Translations under genes and position numbers: made by a program
Shown here: piece by piece, positions 1 through 10,394 of the stretch
Position numbering within the stretch: position 1 is the first letter of the stretch
Layout: every line of letters starts with the position of its first letter
Assembly: GCA_963799485.1 (NCBI GenBank)
Contig: CAWCXJ010000006.1
Location: forward strand, 64,001-128,000
Source: an uncultured Trueperaceae bacterium
GTDB taxonomy: Bacteria; Deinococcota; Deinococci; Deinococcales; Trueperaceae
Direction of reading: 5' to 3'
Length of the DNA: 64,000 nucleotides
The notes under the pieces: generated by a model
Told to the model about the DNA's origin: nothing
Seen by the model: the letters and a program-made list of their open reading frames with translations, nothing else
Database searches by the model: none

Positions 1-1010
1 AAAACCGGAATCGCAAAGCCGAGTTCAGCCAGACGTTTCTGACCTTCCGGCCCGACCGCGTACTTGACGAACTTCCAGGCGGCGTCGGCGTTCGGTGAGG
101 CGTCGGCAACGACGAACCCGGCACTGTTGACACTCGTCGCACGTCCCTTACCACTTGCCGGAAACGCCGCCACATCGAAGTTGATACCCTGCGCGGTGTA
201 TTCCGGCACGCTCCAGTGCCCGATGGTGGTCATCGCGGCGCGACCGGCTAAAAACATGTCGTAACCGTACTGCTCGGCCTGACCCGTGGTCGGCACTGAG
301 CCGTCTTCAAACATCATGTCGCTCATCATCTGCCACACACCCACTGCCGGGCCTTTAGCCAAAAGCGTCTCGGTGTAGTCGTCACTGATGACTTGCCCGC
401 CCGCGCCCCAGATGGCTGGCCCCCAGAACAGCTCCATGTCGTAAAAGTCGGCCCAAAAACCCCACTGGTCGGTGGTGCCGTCGCCGTTGGTATCGGCAGT
501 AAGCTTTTGGGCGGCTTCACGCATGTCTGTGAGCGTCCAGTCGTCGGTGGGGTAGTCTACACCCGCTGCGCCGAACATATCTTTGTTGTAGTAGAGCACG
601 ATGGTCTGAAAATCCCGGGGCAAACCGAAGTAGCCCTCAGGGGTTTCGTAGGCTTTAAGCGTCACCGGGTACACGCCCTCCAGCACGCCGGGATCGGCGT
701 CCAGATAAGGTTGCAGGTTTTTGAGGACGCCCCTCGACTGCCAATCCGGGTAAAGCGGCGCGTCCATGGCGAACACGTCGGGCGGTGTGCCTCCGGCAAA
801 AAGCGTTTGAAGCTTGTTAAAGTACGCGTCCCAGTCGCTCACGTCTACCTTGACTTTGATATCCGGGTTCGCCTGATTGAACTCGTCGGCAATCGTCTGC
901 CAGACGCCCAGCTCTTCGGGTGAACCCCAGGCCATAAAGGTGAGGTTGGTCTGTGCCAAGGCACTACCGGCGAACAGTGAGAAAACGAGTGTAAGAAGTC
1001 CTTTTTTCAT
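1..1010 (-). CDS. Sugar ABC transporter substrate-binding protein (3' end runs off the window)
   Basis: Read manually: ATG at 1010 after GGAGG. MKKGLLTLVFSLFAGSALAQ signal peptide, then LTFMAWGSPEEL...YFNKLQTLFAGGTPPDVF...GLPRDFQTIVLYYNKDMF (SBP family 1). Absent from the ORF track because there is no stop in the window. Confidence 0.9.
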   Translation of the reverse strand, partial: MKKGLLTLVFSLFAGSALAQTNLTFMAWGSPEELGVWQTIADEFNQANPDIKVKVDVSDWDAYFNKLQTLFAGGTPPDVFAMDAPLYPDWQSRGVLKNLQPYLDADPGVLEGVYPVTLKAYETPEGYFGLPRDFQTIVLYYNKDMFGAAGVDYPTDDWTLTDMREAAQKLTADTNGDGTTDQWGFWADFYDMELFWGPAIWGAGGQVISDDYTETLLAKGPAVGVWQMMSDMMFEDGSVPTTGQAEQYGYDMFLAGRAAMTTIGHWSVPEYTAQGINFDVAAFPASGKGRATSVNSAGFVVADASPNADAAWKFVKYAVGPEGQKRLAELGFAIPV

Positions 1011-1082
1011 CTTTGCCTCCTAGAAATGTGGCGCTGGCTGATGAAGCATGAGCTGCGGTCGGTTAGGTCATATGCGGCCCCC

Positions 1083-1966
1083 TTACAGCTTCATCCCGCT
1101 CATGGTGATGCCTTCAATCAAAAACCGCTGAGCGAACACGAACACGATGACCATCGGCAAGGTGGAGAGCGTCGCCGCCGCCATCATCACCGCGAAATTG
1201 CTGACAAACTGCCCCTGAAAGTAGGCGATACCGACCGAAAGCATCTGCATGTCGGTCGAGTTGGTGATGATAAGAGGCCACAAAAAGTCGTTCCACGACC
1301 AGAGCGTAACCAGCACGCCGAAGGCCACCATAATCGGGCGCGAGAGCGGCAGGGCGACGTGCCAGAAGACTTGCAGCGGGTTGCAACCCTCCAAAACTGC
1401 TGCGTCGATGAGGTTTTGCGGCAACGACAGGTAAAATTGCCGCAATAAAAAGGTGCCGAAAGCGCTGAACAAACTCGGGACGATGAGCCCCTGGTACGAG
1501 TCGAGCCAGCCCAGATACTTGAGGAGGATGTAGTTGGGCGCCAGCGTGACCTGCCCCGGCACCATCATCACCGCGAGGACACCGAAAAAGAGCAGGTTGC
1601 GCCCTGGAAACTTCAGACGGGCGAAGGCGAAGGCGGCGAGCGCAGCAAAGAAGACCTGACCTATCACCCGCGCCACCGTCACGATAATGGTGTTGAGATA
1701 AAAGCGCCCGAAGGGAACCTGCTCGAAGACCTCACGATAGTTTTGCCAGTGCCACGCTTCGGGCCAGAAGGTCGGCGTGGCGCTCAAGACCTCCATCTGT
1801 CCCTTGAGCGAGGTCGCCATCATCCAGATAAAGGGGACGAGCGCGGTGATGCCCGCTACGATCAAAGCGAGGTGCAGCAAGCCGAAACGGGCGTGGTTGC
1901 CGAGCCGACGGCGGCGGAACTCGAGTCCCCCCTGGGTTTGACGTTTGTTGTCCGAACCGATTGCAC
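1083..1966 (-). CDS. Carbohydrate ABC transporter permease (MalG/UgpE-like); start region affected by an indel
   Basis: C-terminal ~280 aa of ORF 1083..2279 has TM helices and an EAA-like loop LIDAAVLEGCN. The likely GTG at 1966 is out of frame with the body; a C-run near 1927-1932 is a possible indel site. Confidence 0.8.
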
Positions 1967-1975
1967 ACGCCCCCC

Positions 1976-2877
1976 TTATTCGTAATGAACCCAGCGCCTT
2001 TGCAACCGCAGCTGTACGGCGGTCACGACCAAGATAACGGCGAACAAAATCCAGGCGATCGCGGTCGCCTGACCCATCCGAAAAAACCGAAAGCCCTTCT
2101 TCGTAAATCAGGTAAACAACGGTGCGGAGCGTGTCCGACGCGCGTCCGGCGGTCATCGCGTACACCACATCGAAAACCTGAAACGCGCTGATTAGCGACG
2201 TAACGGTTACAAAAAACATTGTTGGACTCAGGAGCGGCAGCGTCACATAAAGGAAAGCGGTGCCAACCGGTCGCCCCATCGATTTGCGCCGCCTCGTAAT
2301 ACTCTTTGGGGATGTTTTGTAGCCCCGCCAGAAAGATAATCATGCCGTAGCCCGAGCCCTGCCAGACCGAGAGAGGCACGAGTGACGGGCATGGCGAAGT
2401 CCGGGTCGGTCAGCCATTTGATGCGGGGGCCACCGAAGAGCCCCAAGCAGCTGATTGAAAAGCCCGAAATCCGGGTTGTAAATCCAGTTCCAGACCACCC
2501 CGATGGCGACGGGCATGGTCAGGACGGGCAGAAAGAAAACGAGGCGGTAGAGGTTGCGAAAACGCAAGTCGGTGTTGAGCGCAACTGCCAGCACCAGCGA
2601 CACGAGGACGCCGATAGGGACGCTCAGCAGAGTGTAGTAGGTGGTGTTCAGGAGCGCGCGCCGAAAGGTGGCGTCGGCGAAGAGGGTGCGGTAGTTTTCC
2701 AAACCCACCCAGACTTGGGTGAGTTCAGTACGTCCCACCGGTCAGGCTGACGAAAAACGACGCGCCCAGGGCCAGGTAAAAGAACACGCCGAGACCCAGT
2801 GACCAGCGGTGCAATCATCAAATAGCCCCACATGGCCTCGAGACGGGCCTTTTTCTCCTTCTCGCGTTGAGCGCCAT
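1976..2877 (-). pseudogene. Carbohydrate ABC transporter permease (MalF/UgpA-like), multiply frameshifted (real decay or sequencing error)
   Basis: Permease pieces lie in different frames: WGYLMIAP (2648..2833), WVGLENY...NPDFGLFNQ (2340..2738), [12 protein letters not shown] (2243..2446), YEAAQIDGA (2023..2379), VTLPLLSPT...FQVFD (N-part of 1083..2279). ATG 2877 after GGGAG; TAA 1976. Confidence 0.8.
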
Positions 2878-2965
2878 ACGACTCCCTTGCACCCTGAGCA
2901 ATCTTGAAAAACTGAGGAACAAGGTGAAAAAAGCTTTATGCCCCTTTTACCTTATTGCTACTGCT

Positions 2966-4180
2966 TTACTGATTCAATACGGCGTCCGCGGCAGCGGCGG
3001 CGCGCTGGCAGGCTCCGCCGATCGGCACGTTACCGTTCCAGACTTCGCCTAGAACCTCGACCACTTTGGTCTTCCACTCGCTCCCTTGCGCCGTCGTCGG
3101 ATAGGGTACGGCGTAGTCGGTCGCGTCCATGAAGACCTGTAAGTTCATCTCCGGAATCGACTCGACCCAGGCGTCTTGAAAGCCGTTATAGGCCGGGATG
3201 ACCGTACCGGACTTCGCCAGAAAGCTCGCGGCCTGGTCACTGCCCAAAAACTTGACAAATTCCCACGCTGCGTCGGGGTTTTGGGTCTTCGACCATACGA
3301 CGTTGCCGAGGCCGTGAATGATGCTGGCACGTTTCACTTGTTTGGGTAATGGGGCTACGTCGATATTCGGTTCAGCGTCGGCGTAGGTTTTCGCCATCCA
3401 CGAGCCGTCGGCAAGCATCCCGACGCGACCACCGGGAAAAAGCTGCGTTTGCGGGCTGATCGACGACATCGTTGCGCCGTCCGGCGACAGGCCGTCTGCA
3501 CAAAGCTGTAGAGGTAGTCGATAGCGTCGCAAGCGGCACGCTCGCCTACCTAAAACTTTGGTGCCGTCTTCGTTTATGACCTGCCCGCCGTTTTCATAGA
3601 TGAAGTTCCAGTAGCCTTCGCTGATCGGACGTCGTCGAGGCAAAGCCCCAGTTGCCGTCTTTGGTCAGGGTTTGCGCGGCGCTTTCAGGTCGTCCCAGGT
3701 CCAGTCGGCGGTCGGGTAGTCGAGCCCGGCTGCGTCGAACAGGTCTTTGTTGTAGTAAAGCGCGATGGTGTCGAAATCTTTGGGCAGACCGTAAAGGTCG
3801 CCGTCCAGACTGTAGAGGTTGACGAGCGCCTCGGGATAGACGGAAGTGTCGAGCGCGTCGGACATTACCCGGTCTTGCAGGTTCATGATTACACCGTTAG
3901 AAGCGTATACGGGGAAGTTCGGGCCGTTCATCCAGAACACGTCGTAGGCTTCGCCGCCCGCGACGGCGGTTTGCAGTTTGTCCCAGTAGTTGCCCCACGG
4001 CACCACCTGAATATCGACCTTGATGTCCGGGTTCTCCGCCTCGAACGCCGCCGCAATCTGTTCATGAACGGGGAGCTGATTGTTGTCCCAGATGGCGTAA
4101 GTGATGGTCGTTTGCGCGGACGCTGCCGTAAAACTTGCCGTAAAAACCAAAAACCCGAAAAGTGCGAAAAGCCGTTTCAT
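2966..4180 (-). pseudogene. Sugar ABC substrate-binding protein, frameshifted (real decay or sequencing error)
   Basis: N-half 3665..4180 has a signal peptide and YWDKLQTAVAGGEAYDVFW. C-half 2966..3643 has AAWEFVKFL. Frame break near 3650-3690 and a garbled stretch near 3500-3550. Confidence 0.8.
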
Positions 4181-4229
4181 CTTTGACCTCCTGTAGAGAT
4201 GGTGTGAAGCGCGGGGCGGTTAAAGGGGG

Positions 4230-5276
4230 TTACTCGAGCATCACGACCGCCTCCAGATTGTTGGGCCTGTCCGGGTTCAGACCCTTGGCGAGCGAACGGT
4301 GAAATGCCAGCAGTTGCACGACCGGAAGATAAAGGGGGTTTCGCATGGTCTCAGGTATATCCGAACCGAAGGTAATGTCGGCGTCGGTCTCAGCCAGGGT
4401 CAAAATCTGTGCGCCACGCGTTTGCATCTCTTCTAGCACAGCACGCTCTTGACTACTGTTGGTGTCGGAAACGAGTCCGACTATCAGCGCTGCGTCCGTC
4501 ACCATCGACTGCGGGCCGTGGCGAAACTCCAAGAAGTGAAACGGTTCGCTGTGGCTTAAGGTCATCTCTTTCATTTTGAGACTCAGCTCACACGCGAGCC
4601 CGTAACGGGGGCCGGAGCCGAGAAAGTAAAAACGCTCGAGGCCCAAATCTCGACCCAAACGCTCAGCCAGCGGCGCGTAGTCGCTCAGCAACCGGGTACA
4701 TACGTCGGGCAAGTCACGCAGGGCCGCAGCAGTTCGTGCCCAGTGGTGCGCTAAAAAGACAGCCGCCAGATAGAGCGTGCTGAAAGCCCTGGTTTGCGCG
4801 ACACTTTTTTCCTGACCGGCCGAAAGTACCAGATTGAGATCACCGAGCGAGGCCAGTGCCGCTTCCGGGTAACAGCTGAGCGTAAGTGTTTCGCCTGTAC
4901 CCTTTGCTTTGAAACTCTCCACGGCGCGCACGGTTTCGGTCGTCGTTCCCGAACGGCTGACGGCGATCAGCAGGGTTTTTGCGTCCGCCCGGTACGCCGA
5001 CGCCGGATAGAGCCACACTTCGGAAGCGGGTAAGGCGCGCGCCCGTACCCCGGTCAGTTCCTGCACGAGCGCCGCTGCTGCCAGTGCCAGATAGTACGTC
5101 GAACCGCAACCGGTGAAGATGACCTCAGCAAAGGACTGTGGCTCAAAACCCGTGAGCGTCTCGGTACGTGCGCCCAAATACGTGAGCGTCTCCCGCCACG
5201 CCCCCGGTTGCGACATGATTTCTGTAAAGGTATACGCGCCCGGTTTGTTCTCACCCGTCATGACTTGCCCCGTCAT
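4230..5276 (-). CDS. SIS-domain phosphosugar isomerase/deaminase (GlmS C-terminal/AgaS/FrlB-like)
   Basis: EIMSQP, GCGSTYY, SRSGTTTE, LKMKE, EFRHGP, KGLNPDRPNNL motifs. Confidence 0.9.
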   Translation of the reverse strand: MTGQVMTGENKPGAYTFTEIMSQPGAWRETLTYLGARTETLTGFEPQSFAEVIFTGCGSTYYLALAAAALVQELTGVRARALPASEVWLYPASAYRADAKTLLIAVSRSGTTTETVRAVESFKAKGTGETLTLSCYPEAALASLGDLNLVLSAGQEKSVAQTRAFSTLYLAAVFLAHHWARTAAALRDLPDVCTRLLSDYAPLAERLGRDLGLERFYFLGSGPRYGLACELSLKMKEMTLSHSEPFHFLEFRHGPQSMVTDAALIVGLVSDTNSSQERAVLEEMQTRGAQILTLAETDADITFGSDIPETMRNPLYLPVVQLLAFHRSLAKGLNPDRPNNLEAVVMLE

Positions 5277-6442
5277 CTTTGCTCCTCTATTGTTGCTGCC
5301 TGACTCGCCTGATTTGATATTGGCTCTGATGTCTGCGAACGCAAAACAAGGCGCTCGGCGTTGCTGAAATAGACCTTTTGCAAAACCTCATCGGGCAAGT
5401 AGAGCCCGTAGGCGTACCAGCGGCCTTGCTGCGGCACCTCGCTCAGATTGTAGTTGACGTATTCGTCGTCGGTCTCGAGCAGCCGGTAGTAGAGCCGGTA
5501 CGTCTCAGGCTCGGCGTCGGCGTCGGTGCCGAACAAGATGCGGTCTTGGTAGCGGATAAAAAAACGCCGTGCGCTATAGGGTTGACGCCCCAACTCGCCC
5601 AGGCGGGCGCTGATATCGACGTAAAAGTTCGAGCATTCGTCCAAAAGCGCCCCGACCCAAGCCAGGTTTTCGGCGTAGCAGCCGACGTGCGCGCCGATAA
5701 AAGTCGTGTCCTTGTGCCGCCGCACGAGGTTGGCGAAGTCTTCTATAATCGCCGTAAAACTCGGAAACGGCGGGCTCGGAAACCTCCAGTCGGGCTCAGC
5801 GTGCAGCTCTTCCCAGCGTTCGTTATGTGCGTCTAACGGGTCGAAAAAAGCTACCGGGTCGGCGACGTGGATGATGACCGGCACCTTCAACTCGCCGACG
5901 GTTTCCCAAAGCGGGACGAGTCGCTCATCGTCTACGGCGACGAGTTCACCGTGCTGGTCTTTAACTTGGAGGCCGAACGGTTTCCAGATTTTGAGCCCGC
6001 CTGCGCCCCGCGCGACCTGTTGCCGAAAGCGCTCTGCGGCCCACGTACCGAAGGCGTCGCCGTGTTCGGGCCAGCGCGACCAGTCCACGCCGCCGAAATG
6101 GACGAAGCGCTCGGGCGCACGCTCCTTAAAATGCGCTAAATGCCGGTCTAAAATCCCTTCGCCCCAACCGCCGTCCAAATCCACGACCGTTTTGACGTGA
6201 GCTGCCTCGAGTGCACCCAAAAGTTCTGCTATGGGTTTGTCCAACCACTCACCGCCAAACTTTGAACCCAGATGGATATGTGCGTCGATAACGGGAAAAC
6301 GCGGCGTGTCAACTTGCGTCGTCTTCACCACAAGCTTGGGCCTCGGTTTGAACTCGCTCAGGTAGATATCTCGCTCAGCCACAGCTGACAGTCCTTTCGC
6401 CGTAAAAATTGCCGTAAAATCGCTACGAATGTCCGAATTCAA
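5273..6442 (-). CDS. Amidohydrolase family protein (Amidohydro_2-like); start uncertain
   Basis: IDAHIH metal motif, GLKIWK, IHVADP, AHVG, ILFGTD; overlaps the SIS gene start by 4 nt. Confidence 0.85.
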   Translation of the reverse strand: MNSDIRSDFTAIFTAKGLSAVAERDIYLSEFKPRPKLVVKTTQVDTPRFPVIDAHIHLGSKFGGEWLDKPIAELLGALEAAHVKTVVDLDGGWGEGILDRHLAHFKERAPERFVHFGGVDWSRWPEHGDAFGTWAAERFRQQVARGAGGLKIWKPFGLQVKDQHGELVAVDDERLVPLWETVGELKVPVIIHVADPVAFFDPLDAHNERWEELHAEPDWRFPSPPFPSFTAIIEDFANLVRRHKDTTFIGAHVGCYAENLAWVGALLDECSNFYVDISARLGELGRQPYSARRFFIRYQDRILFGTDADAEPETYRLYYRLLETDDEYVNYNLSEVPQQGRWYAYGLYLPDEVLQKVYFSNAERLVLRSQTSEPISNQASQAATIEEQR

Positions 6443-6681
6443 CGTTGATGAAGCGTATGACTGCGGTTTAGCAGCGCGCCAGCAAGGTGATATAGAGAGC
6501 GGTTTGCTTCGCTGTTGTCAGCGTAGAGCGAGCCGTAAGGTGCGGGCAAGGGGAGCGTTGAGCACTTTTCGCCGGTTCGCTCAGCGTAGGAGATTTAACC
6601 CAACTTTTATGTTTGCCTGAGCGTTCTCTAAACAGTGGCCCGAATCGGCCGTAAAGTACCGTAAAGTTTTGAGAGGTGAAG

Positions 6682-7476
6682 TCAACCGGATATGTCGGTG
6701 TTTTGCAGGCTTGGGGCGCACTCGAGCGTCAGCCCCGCCGCCCCGAGCTGCGCCGACCACTTGGCGCTCAAACCTTCGTCGGTCAAGAGGCGTTCGGCAG
6801 CTGCGAGCGGCGCAAACTTGGCGAGCGTTTTTTGCCCGACTTTGCTGTGATCGGCGACGACAATCGCCCGCGCCGAAACGCCCAAAAAAGCCCGGGCAAT
6901 CGCGCTCTCGTGATGGTCGCGCATCGAAAAACCGAAGTCCGGTGTGACGCCGCTGCAGCCCACAAAACAGAGGTCGAGCCGGTACTCTTGCAGGGTGTAG
7001 CCGACCATCTCACCGACGAGTTCATACGAGTAGGAGTTGAGCGTCCCGCCGGTGACGATAACCTTGGTCAGGCTGTGGTTGTAGAGTTCGGTGGCGACGT
7101 TGATAGCGTTCGTGACGACCGTAATCGGTTTGCCGCGCAGCCAGCGTGCGAGTTCGGTGCAGGTCGTCCCACCCGATAAGCCGACCACCATCCCCTCACA
7201 TACATGTCTGCTCGCCGCCGCTGCAATCGCGCGTTTTGCCGCCGCTTCTTTGGCTGCGGCAACCTTGAAATCTTCCAAGTAGCGCACCGGCGACCGCACC
7301 CGCGCCCGACCCCAAACCCGCTCAATCAAGCCGCGCCTTTCTAACGCGGCGAGGTCACGGCGCACGGTAGCAGGTGAAATACCGAGCAACAGGGCGATGT
7401 CGCCCGCTTTCAACTCGCCCCGGTGCAACACGAGGTCGTGAATCCGCCTCTGGCGTTCGCGGCTGCGGGAGTCCAT
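6682..7476 (-). CDS. DeoR/GlpR family transcriptional regulator
   Basis: HTH ISPATVRRDLAALE, KRAIA, SGGTT, IVVADHSK; likely start ATG 7476. Confidence 0.9.
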   Translation of the reverse strand: MDSRSRERQRRIHDLVLHRGELKAGDIALLLGISPATVRRDLAALERRGLIERVWGRARVRSPVRYLEDFKVAAAKEAAAKRAIAAAASRHVCEGMVVGLSGGTTCTELARWLRGKPITVVTNAINVATELYNHSLTKVIVTGGTLNSYSYELVGEMVGYTLQEYRLDLCFVGCSGVTPDFGFSMRDHHESAIARAFLGVSARAIVVADHSKVGQKTLAKFAPLAAAERLLTDEGLSAKWSAQLGAAGLTLECAPSLQNTDISG

Positions 7477-7683
7477 GAAATGAGGCCAGTGTAGCGCAAA
7501 AGCCTGCGTCCGTGGTGCGGCACCAGCGAATTCGGCTGCTACGCTCAATATGAAGCTCCAAAAATCCAAAAACGAGCGTTTTGTACCTGCTACGAACGCC
7601 TCGAGTAAATCCGGTCGGCAAAAGAATTTGGGGCTGGCGGGCTAAAAAATACCCGAAAACACCCTGGCGTATCCGGGCTCTGG

Positions 7684-7712
7684 TTGACAAGCTCAGACAG
7701 TTGCGCTACAAT
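7684..7712 (+). promoter_or_regulatory. Sigma70-type promoter of the LacI/xylan operon
   Basis: TTGACA (7684-7689), 17-bp spacer, TACAAT (7707-7712). Confidence 0.8.
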
Positions 7713-7713
7713 T

Positions 7714-7729
7714 TTGCAAACGGTTGCAA
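7714..7729. promoter_or_regulatory. LacI-family operator 1, TTGCAAACGGTTGCAA
   Basis: Near-perfect palindrome with central CG, over the predicted transcription start. Confidence 0.8.
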
Positions 7730-7815
7730 GAACACTTTTGTAAGACTGACCAAAGAGGGCCGAAGTCCCGGTTTTGGCCTCATCAGCGGTAGCTGCACAA
7801 GCCTCGATACTTTTT

Positions 7816-7831
7816 TTGCAAACGGTTGCAA
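7816..7831. promoter_or_regulatory. LacI-family operator 2, TTGCAAACGGTTGCAA
   Basis: Identical copy 102 bp downstream, abutting the RBS of the LacI gene. Confidence 0.8.
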
Positions 7832-7840
7832 GGGAGACAG

Positions 7841-8893
7841 ATGTCGAACGGCGTGACAATCAGGGATATCGCAAGGCTGTCCGGCGTCTCTTACTCGACG
7901 GTCTCACGCGCGCTCAGCGGCGTAGACAAGGTCAAAGAGAGCACGTATGTGAGGGTACTCGAGGCCGCTAACGAACTCGGTTACATCGTCAACCGTCAGG
8001 CGCGGAGTTTAGCGGGCGGGAACCATCAGGTCATCGGGGTGTTGCTGCACGGTCTGGAAAGCGACTACTTCGGTCAGATTCTAAAAGGCGTCGATGAAGC
8101 GCTGGCCCAAGCCGACTTTGAAATGATGCTCTTTACGACGCACCGGCGTAAGAACAGAGAAGTGGGCTACGCAACAAAGATGATGAGCGGCCTGACCGAC
8201 GGACTGCTGATCGTCTCACCGGTAGGGCAACAAGACTACATCCGCAACCTCCAGGAAAAAGCGGTGCCCTTTGTACTCGTCGATGTCGGCGCTGCAGACG
8301 AAGGCGTCACGGTCAGTGCGACCAACGCCAAAGGTGCCTACGACGCCACTTGCTACCTATTGGAGTTGGGGCATCGGCGGATCGGCTTCGTTACGGGCAA
8401 CCTCGACTTGCCCGTCGCTGTTCACCGCCTCGAGGGGTATCAAAGGGCGTTAGGGGCGTTTGCCGTACCCTTTGACGACCGCCTGGTTCAAGAAGGCGAT
8501 TTTGTACAAGAGCGCGGGCGTGAAGCGGCCCTCGAGCTGCTCGGGCGTAAACCCAGACCGACCGCGATTTTCGCCTCGAACGACGAATCTGCGTTCGGGG
8601 TGCTCGAAGCGGCGGCGTCCATGGGGGTCGCTGTACCGGACGAACTCTCGGTGGTCGGCTTCGACGACCTGCCTATCTCCAAACACGTGACCCCCAAGCT
8701 CACCACGGTGCGGCAACCACTCCGCGAGATGGGCAACGTCGCCGCAAAGCTGCTGCTGGGGCAACTCCGCCTTGGTCAACCCCCTGTTTCCGTACAGCTC
8801 CCTACCGAGCTGGTGCTCCGCGCCTCATGTGCCCCGGTAGCTCAGGCACACCGAGACATAACTGCACCGGTGACTTCAGCAGGGAGGCTCTAA
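7841..8893 (+). CDS. LacI family transcriptional regulator
   Basis: TIRDIARLSGVSYSTVSRAL HTH, NRQARSL hinge, SVVGFDD, PKLTTVRQP. Confidence 0.95.
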   Translation: MSNGVTIRDIARLSGVSYSTVSRALSGVDKVKESTYVRVLEAANELGYIVNRQARSLAGGNHQVIGVLLHGLESDYFGQILKGVDEALAQADFEMMLFTTHRRKNREVGYATKMMSGLTDGLLIVSPVGQQDYIRNLQEKAVPFVLVDVGAADEGVTVSATNAKGAYDATCYLLELGHRRIGFVTGNLDLPVAVHRLEGYQRALGAFAVPFDDRLVQEGDFVQERGREAALELLGRKPRPTAIFASNDESAFGVLEAAASMGVAVPDELSVVGFDDLPISKHVTPKLTTVRQPLREMGNVAAKLLLGQLRLGQPPVSVQLPTELVLRASCAPVAQAHRDITAPVTSAGRL

Positions 8894-9050
8894 GTGTAAG
8901 AGATACCTGCAAGGCATAAAAGTTTGGGCGCGCCCAACGTTTCCCCTAGGGCAAGACGAGTGGCCTGCGCCGTTACAAAAAGCTCTAAAACTGTTTTTAG
9001 GCTGTGCGGCACGACGCCGACAAAGGCGCGTGACCAGGAAAGGACATACC

Positions 9051-10313
9051 GTGAGAAAACTTTTCATCAAGCTGTCTGTGCTGAGCTTCGCGCTCTTCAC
9101 CGGACTCTCGTTCGCCCAGCAGAAGACCATTACGGTTTCGGCGTTTGCCGGTCTCGGCGACGCAATCCAGGTCATTATCGACAAGTACGAAAAAGAAAAC
9201 CCCGACATCAAAGTCGAGCTCGAGATACGTGAGTTTGCCGACCACCACAACAACCTCGTCACGACCCTAGCAGCCGGTAGCGGCGCGACCGACGTGGTTG
9301 CTATCGAAGTCGGGTACATCGCCAAGTTCGTCGCCGACGGCGGTCTGGTCGACCTCAACGCCGCGCCTTTTAACGCCGGTGAGTTCACTCCCGGGATCGC
9401 CGACTACGCTGTGGCCCAGGGCACCAGCACCGACGGTCGCCTGATCGCCATGCCGACCGACTTGGGGCCGGGCGTGATGTTCTACCGCCGCGACCGCTTA
9501 AATGAAGTCGATACCGACGTTCAGGCGCTCGAGGGTAGCTGGGACGACTACATCGCGTTTGGTAAAACCGTCACCCGCGACACCAACGGCGACGGCGTCA
9601 ACGACGTGTTTTTGATCGCCGACGCCGCCGACGTCTACGCCGCGATGATTCGCAGCGGACTCGAGGACGGTCAGGGCATCTACTTCGACGCCGACGGCAA
9701 CAACTTGGTCAACACCGAGCGTTTCCGCGAAGCGTTCCGCGTTGCTAAAGAAATCCGCGACAACGGCTTGGACGCTAAAATTGCCGCCTGGACGAACGAA
9801 TGGTACGAAGCGTTCAAGCAAGGCACCGTCGCCACGCAGTTTTCCGGCGCTTGGCTTCAGGGCCAGCTGGCAAGCTTTATGGCTCCTGATACCGGCGGTC
9901 TCTGGGGCGCAGCTAACCTTCCGGGTGGCGCTTACGCCAGCTGGGGCGGTTCGTTCTACGCCATCCCCGAGCAGAGCCAGAACAAAGAAGCAGCGTGGGA
10001 CTTTATCAAGTACATGACGACGCAACCAGCTTCGCAGCTTCTGGCGTTCGACACCACCGAAGCGTTCCCGGCACTTAAAGAGACGTGGAAAAACGAGGTT
10101 TTCGAGCAGCCCATCGCCTTTTTGGACGGTCAAAAAGCGCGTGAGCTCTACATCGAGGTCGTCAACAACATTGCCGGTACGGTCACGAACCCCGGCGACG
10201 CTATCGCTACCGAAATCGTAGCCACCGCCCTCAACAGCGTGCTTAACGACGGCGTAGACATCGACACGGCGCTCGCCGAAGCCGATCAGATCATTCAGCG
10301 CCGCGTGCGCTAA
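9051..10313 (+). CDS. Sugar (oligosaccharide) ABC substrate-binding protein
   Basis: GTG 9051 after AAGGA; signal peptide; MPTDLGPGVMFYRRD, WGGSFYAIP, AAWDFIKY. Confidence 0.9.
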   Translation: MRKLFIKLSVLSFALFTGLSFAQQKTITVSAFAGLGDAIQVIIDKYEKENPDIKVELEIREFADHHNNLVTTLAAGSGATDVVAIEVGYIAKFVADGGLVDLNAAPFNAGEFTPGIADYAVAQGTSTDGRLIAMPTDLGPGVMFYRRDRLNEVDTDVQALEGSWDDYIAFGKTVTRDTNGDGVNDVFLIADAADVYAAMIRSGLEDGQGIYFDADGNNLVNTERFREAFRVAKEIRDNGLDAKIAAWTNEWYEAFKQGTVATQFSGAWLQGQLASFMAPDTGGLWGAANLPGGAYASWGGSFYAIPEQSQNKEAAWDFIKYMTTQPASQLLAFDTTEAFPALKETWKNEVFEQPIAFLDGQKARELYIEVVNNIAGTVTNPGDAIATEIVATALNSVLNDGVDIDTALAEADQIIQRRVR

Positions 10314-10319
10314 GCATTT

Positions 10320-10348
10320 TAGAGGAGACTGCGCCGCAGTCTCCTCTA
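10320..10348 (+). terminator. 13-bp stem-loop after the SBP gene (mRNA stabiliser or partial terminator)
   Basis: TAGAGGAGACTGC-GCC-GCAGTCTCCTCTA followed by CCTTTTG. Confidence 0.7.
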
Positions 10349-10394
10349 CCTTTTGTTTAGAAGCGTCATGTTCCGAAACGTCTAAGGAGGTGTT

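Noticed and set aside
1083..2279. 398-aa ORF as a fused double permease
   Set aside because: A chimera made by frameshifts; the N-part belongs to the upstream permease and the middle is off-frame
6540..6630. TGAGC-type repeats as DeoR operators
   Set aside because: Too short and irregularly spaced to support
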